DNA of 64,000 nucleotides. It comes from an uncultured delta proteobacterium. Lineage in GTDB: Bacteria > Desulfobacterota > Desulfarculia > JACQYL01 > CAWGVV01. This document shows, piece after piece, positions 62,388 through 64,000 of the stretch. A program made the translations under genes and the position numbers. Below the pieces are notes generated by a model that worked only from the letters and a program-made list of their open reading frames with translations, made no database searches and was not told the origin of the DNA. Numbering within the stretch: the first letter of the stretch is position 1; each line of letters starts with the position of its first letter. The stretch spans positions 54,729-118,728 of the forward strand of contig CAWGFI010000007.1 of the NCBI GenBank assembly GCA_963821845.1, in the 5' to 3' direction.

Positions 62388-62737
62388 AGGGAAGGCTTCC
62401 TGGCGCAAAGGCGCCTGCAAAAAAATTATTATATCGCGGTATGGGTAAATACCATAATGATTTTCAGGCTAAAAAGAAAAAGAACTTAACATTTCGCGCG
62501 AGATTTCGAGAAAAGGAGCGCAGGTAGGCCGGAAGGCGTCCCCCTGGCTTCGGTGTTTCCGCCTCCTGTGTAGGCGGCGGCGCGTCCGGCGTCCGTATTC
62601 GAAACCGGGAGGGCGGAGAAAATACATCGGAGAACTTTAGAGAAACCGGACTCCGCGGCCGAAGAATGTTTCAACTCGCAAAGCGCCGCGTGGCCCGCAG
62701 CCGGCGAACACGCGGCGCTCTCTCAAGGGATGAACGG

Positions 62738-62965
62738 CTATTTCTTTTCCATGGAATTCTCGGCCTTGTTTTTCAAATCCTCGGCCTTGTCCTCGGCTTT
62801 GTCGCCAACGTCCTTAGCCTTGTCCTTGGTTTCATCCACCGCTTTATCCACCTTTTTTCCGGCTTTTTCGAAGGTTCCTTCATCCTTCTGGCACCCCACG
62901 GCCCCCACAAACACCGAACAGGCCAATAACGCCGCCAAGAATAGGCTTACCCATTTTTTCATCAT
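62738..62965 (-). CDS. Small lipoprotein with K/D/A-rich repeats (stress-protein-like)
   Basis: GGAG RBS, signal peptide with AVGC lipobox, EKAGKKVDKAVDE repeats. Confidence 0.8.
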   Translation of the reverse strand: MMKKWVSLFLAALLACSVFVGAVGCQKDEGTFEKAGKKVDKAVDETKDKAKDVGDKAEDKAEDLKNKAENSMEKK

Positions 62966-63295
62966 TACAATCTCCTTTTCCGATCACATCGTATTCATTT
63001 TTAAATGTTAACCCCAATATTTTTAGATTCTTACCATCGTCGCCGGATCGTCAAGTCGTCCCGCGTCCGATTGCCGGTTTTAAGACCGGCCCCTTTAAAG
63101 AAAAACAGACCGCCCCGCCGGGAAGTTTTTGCGCATACTAAAAAAAGTGTAACCGCGGCATAACCATTCACGAACAAGAATAGGCTAGATAAACGACGAA
63201 ATCCAGCGTTTGAATAACCGCTCGGCTCCCCGTCGGACCAGAGGCCGCCGTTCGGCGCCATTCATGCGCCGCTTCACAGGAACTGGATATTTGCC

Positions 63296-64000
63296 GTGAA
63301 ACGCCGTTCGACCATTGTCTTCATAATTTTTCTCTTGTTTGCGCTTGACGCCGGCTATTGCGCGGATAATCAGGATGAAACATCCGTTTATAACCGATTT
63401 TCATTTCTCGCTTTCGCCGATGGAAGAGAGGTCCCGCTCCAGCCTCGAGACGTCGAGTTCCCGGACGGCGCCCGGATCGCAAAGTACTATCCGGTTACCG
63501 GAGGCGGCCCCGCAGCGCCCGGCGCCTCCCCTGGATCATAAACTGCTCCCGTGGGCGTTTATCATCATCGTAAGCGCGGCCCTGCTCGTTCTGTATGCGG
63601 GCCTCATTCTCCGGAAACAGGCGCGGATCAGAACGGACGAACTGAACAAAAAGAATTACGAACTCAACGCCGAGGTCGCCCAGAGGCGACGGGTCGAACG
63701 GGAGCTTATCGAGAGTGAAAGCCGCTATCGGGCCCTGGTGGAAAACACGCTCGAGGGACGCTTCGTCCTCGGCTACACCAGCGGCCACTTTCTGTTCATG
63801 AACAAAAGCATGCGCGATCTTTTCGGGTTGAGCGACATGGCGCTGGAACAGATCTGCCTGGGCGTTCTTTTCGATCCCCACGGTTACACGGAGCTTCGCA
63901 AGGACCTGCACGCCCTGTTGGGAGGGACCAAACCCGCGCCGGCGAGCGGCGTCTACAACGCTGTACGCGCGGACGGGACGGGATTCCGGGCCGAAATCAT
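63296..64000 (+). CDS. Membrane-anchored PAS sensor (partial, frameshift near 63500-63530)
   Basis: Signal-like N-terminus; second frame gives LLPWAFIIIVSAALLVLYAGL TM, then ESESRYRALVENTLEG PAS, open to window end. Confidence 0.65.

Overview
GC-rich chromosomal window from an anaerobic bacterium, most consistent with Desulfobacterota/deltaproteobacteria (inference from gene content and a delta-type BirA operator). It holds: a 2-oxoacid:ferredoxin oxidoreductase operon, fabD, a corrinoid protein/MtaA-like methyltransferase/RACo cluster co-oriented with two HisKA_2 kinases, an MCP, a molybdopterin aldehyde oxidoreductase with a TusE/DsrC-like protein, a GluR0-like channel, bioA-bioF-bioD, pncA, tex, an AbiL-like ATPase/RloB pair, a decayed Mu-like packaging module and several sensor kinases including a CheB-CheR-PAS fusion. 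Many genes carry single-base frameshifts, often in homopolymers, probably sequencing errors. The most striking signal is a dense family of CGTC-tagged palindromes (about 35 copies by manual count), mostly as inverted doublets. Two paralogous small GIY-YIG nuclease genes each sit in the spacer position of such a doublet, and each is surrounded mainly by its own palindrome variant. This looks like an autonomous/non-autonomous repeat system analogous to RAYT/REPIN but built on a GIY-YIG nuclease; mobility is inferred, not shown. No CRISPR array, rRNA or tRNA was recognised. All calls are by eye, with no database searches.
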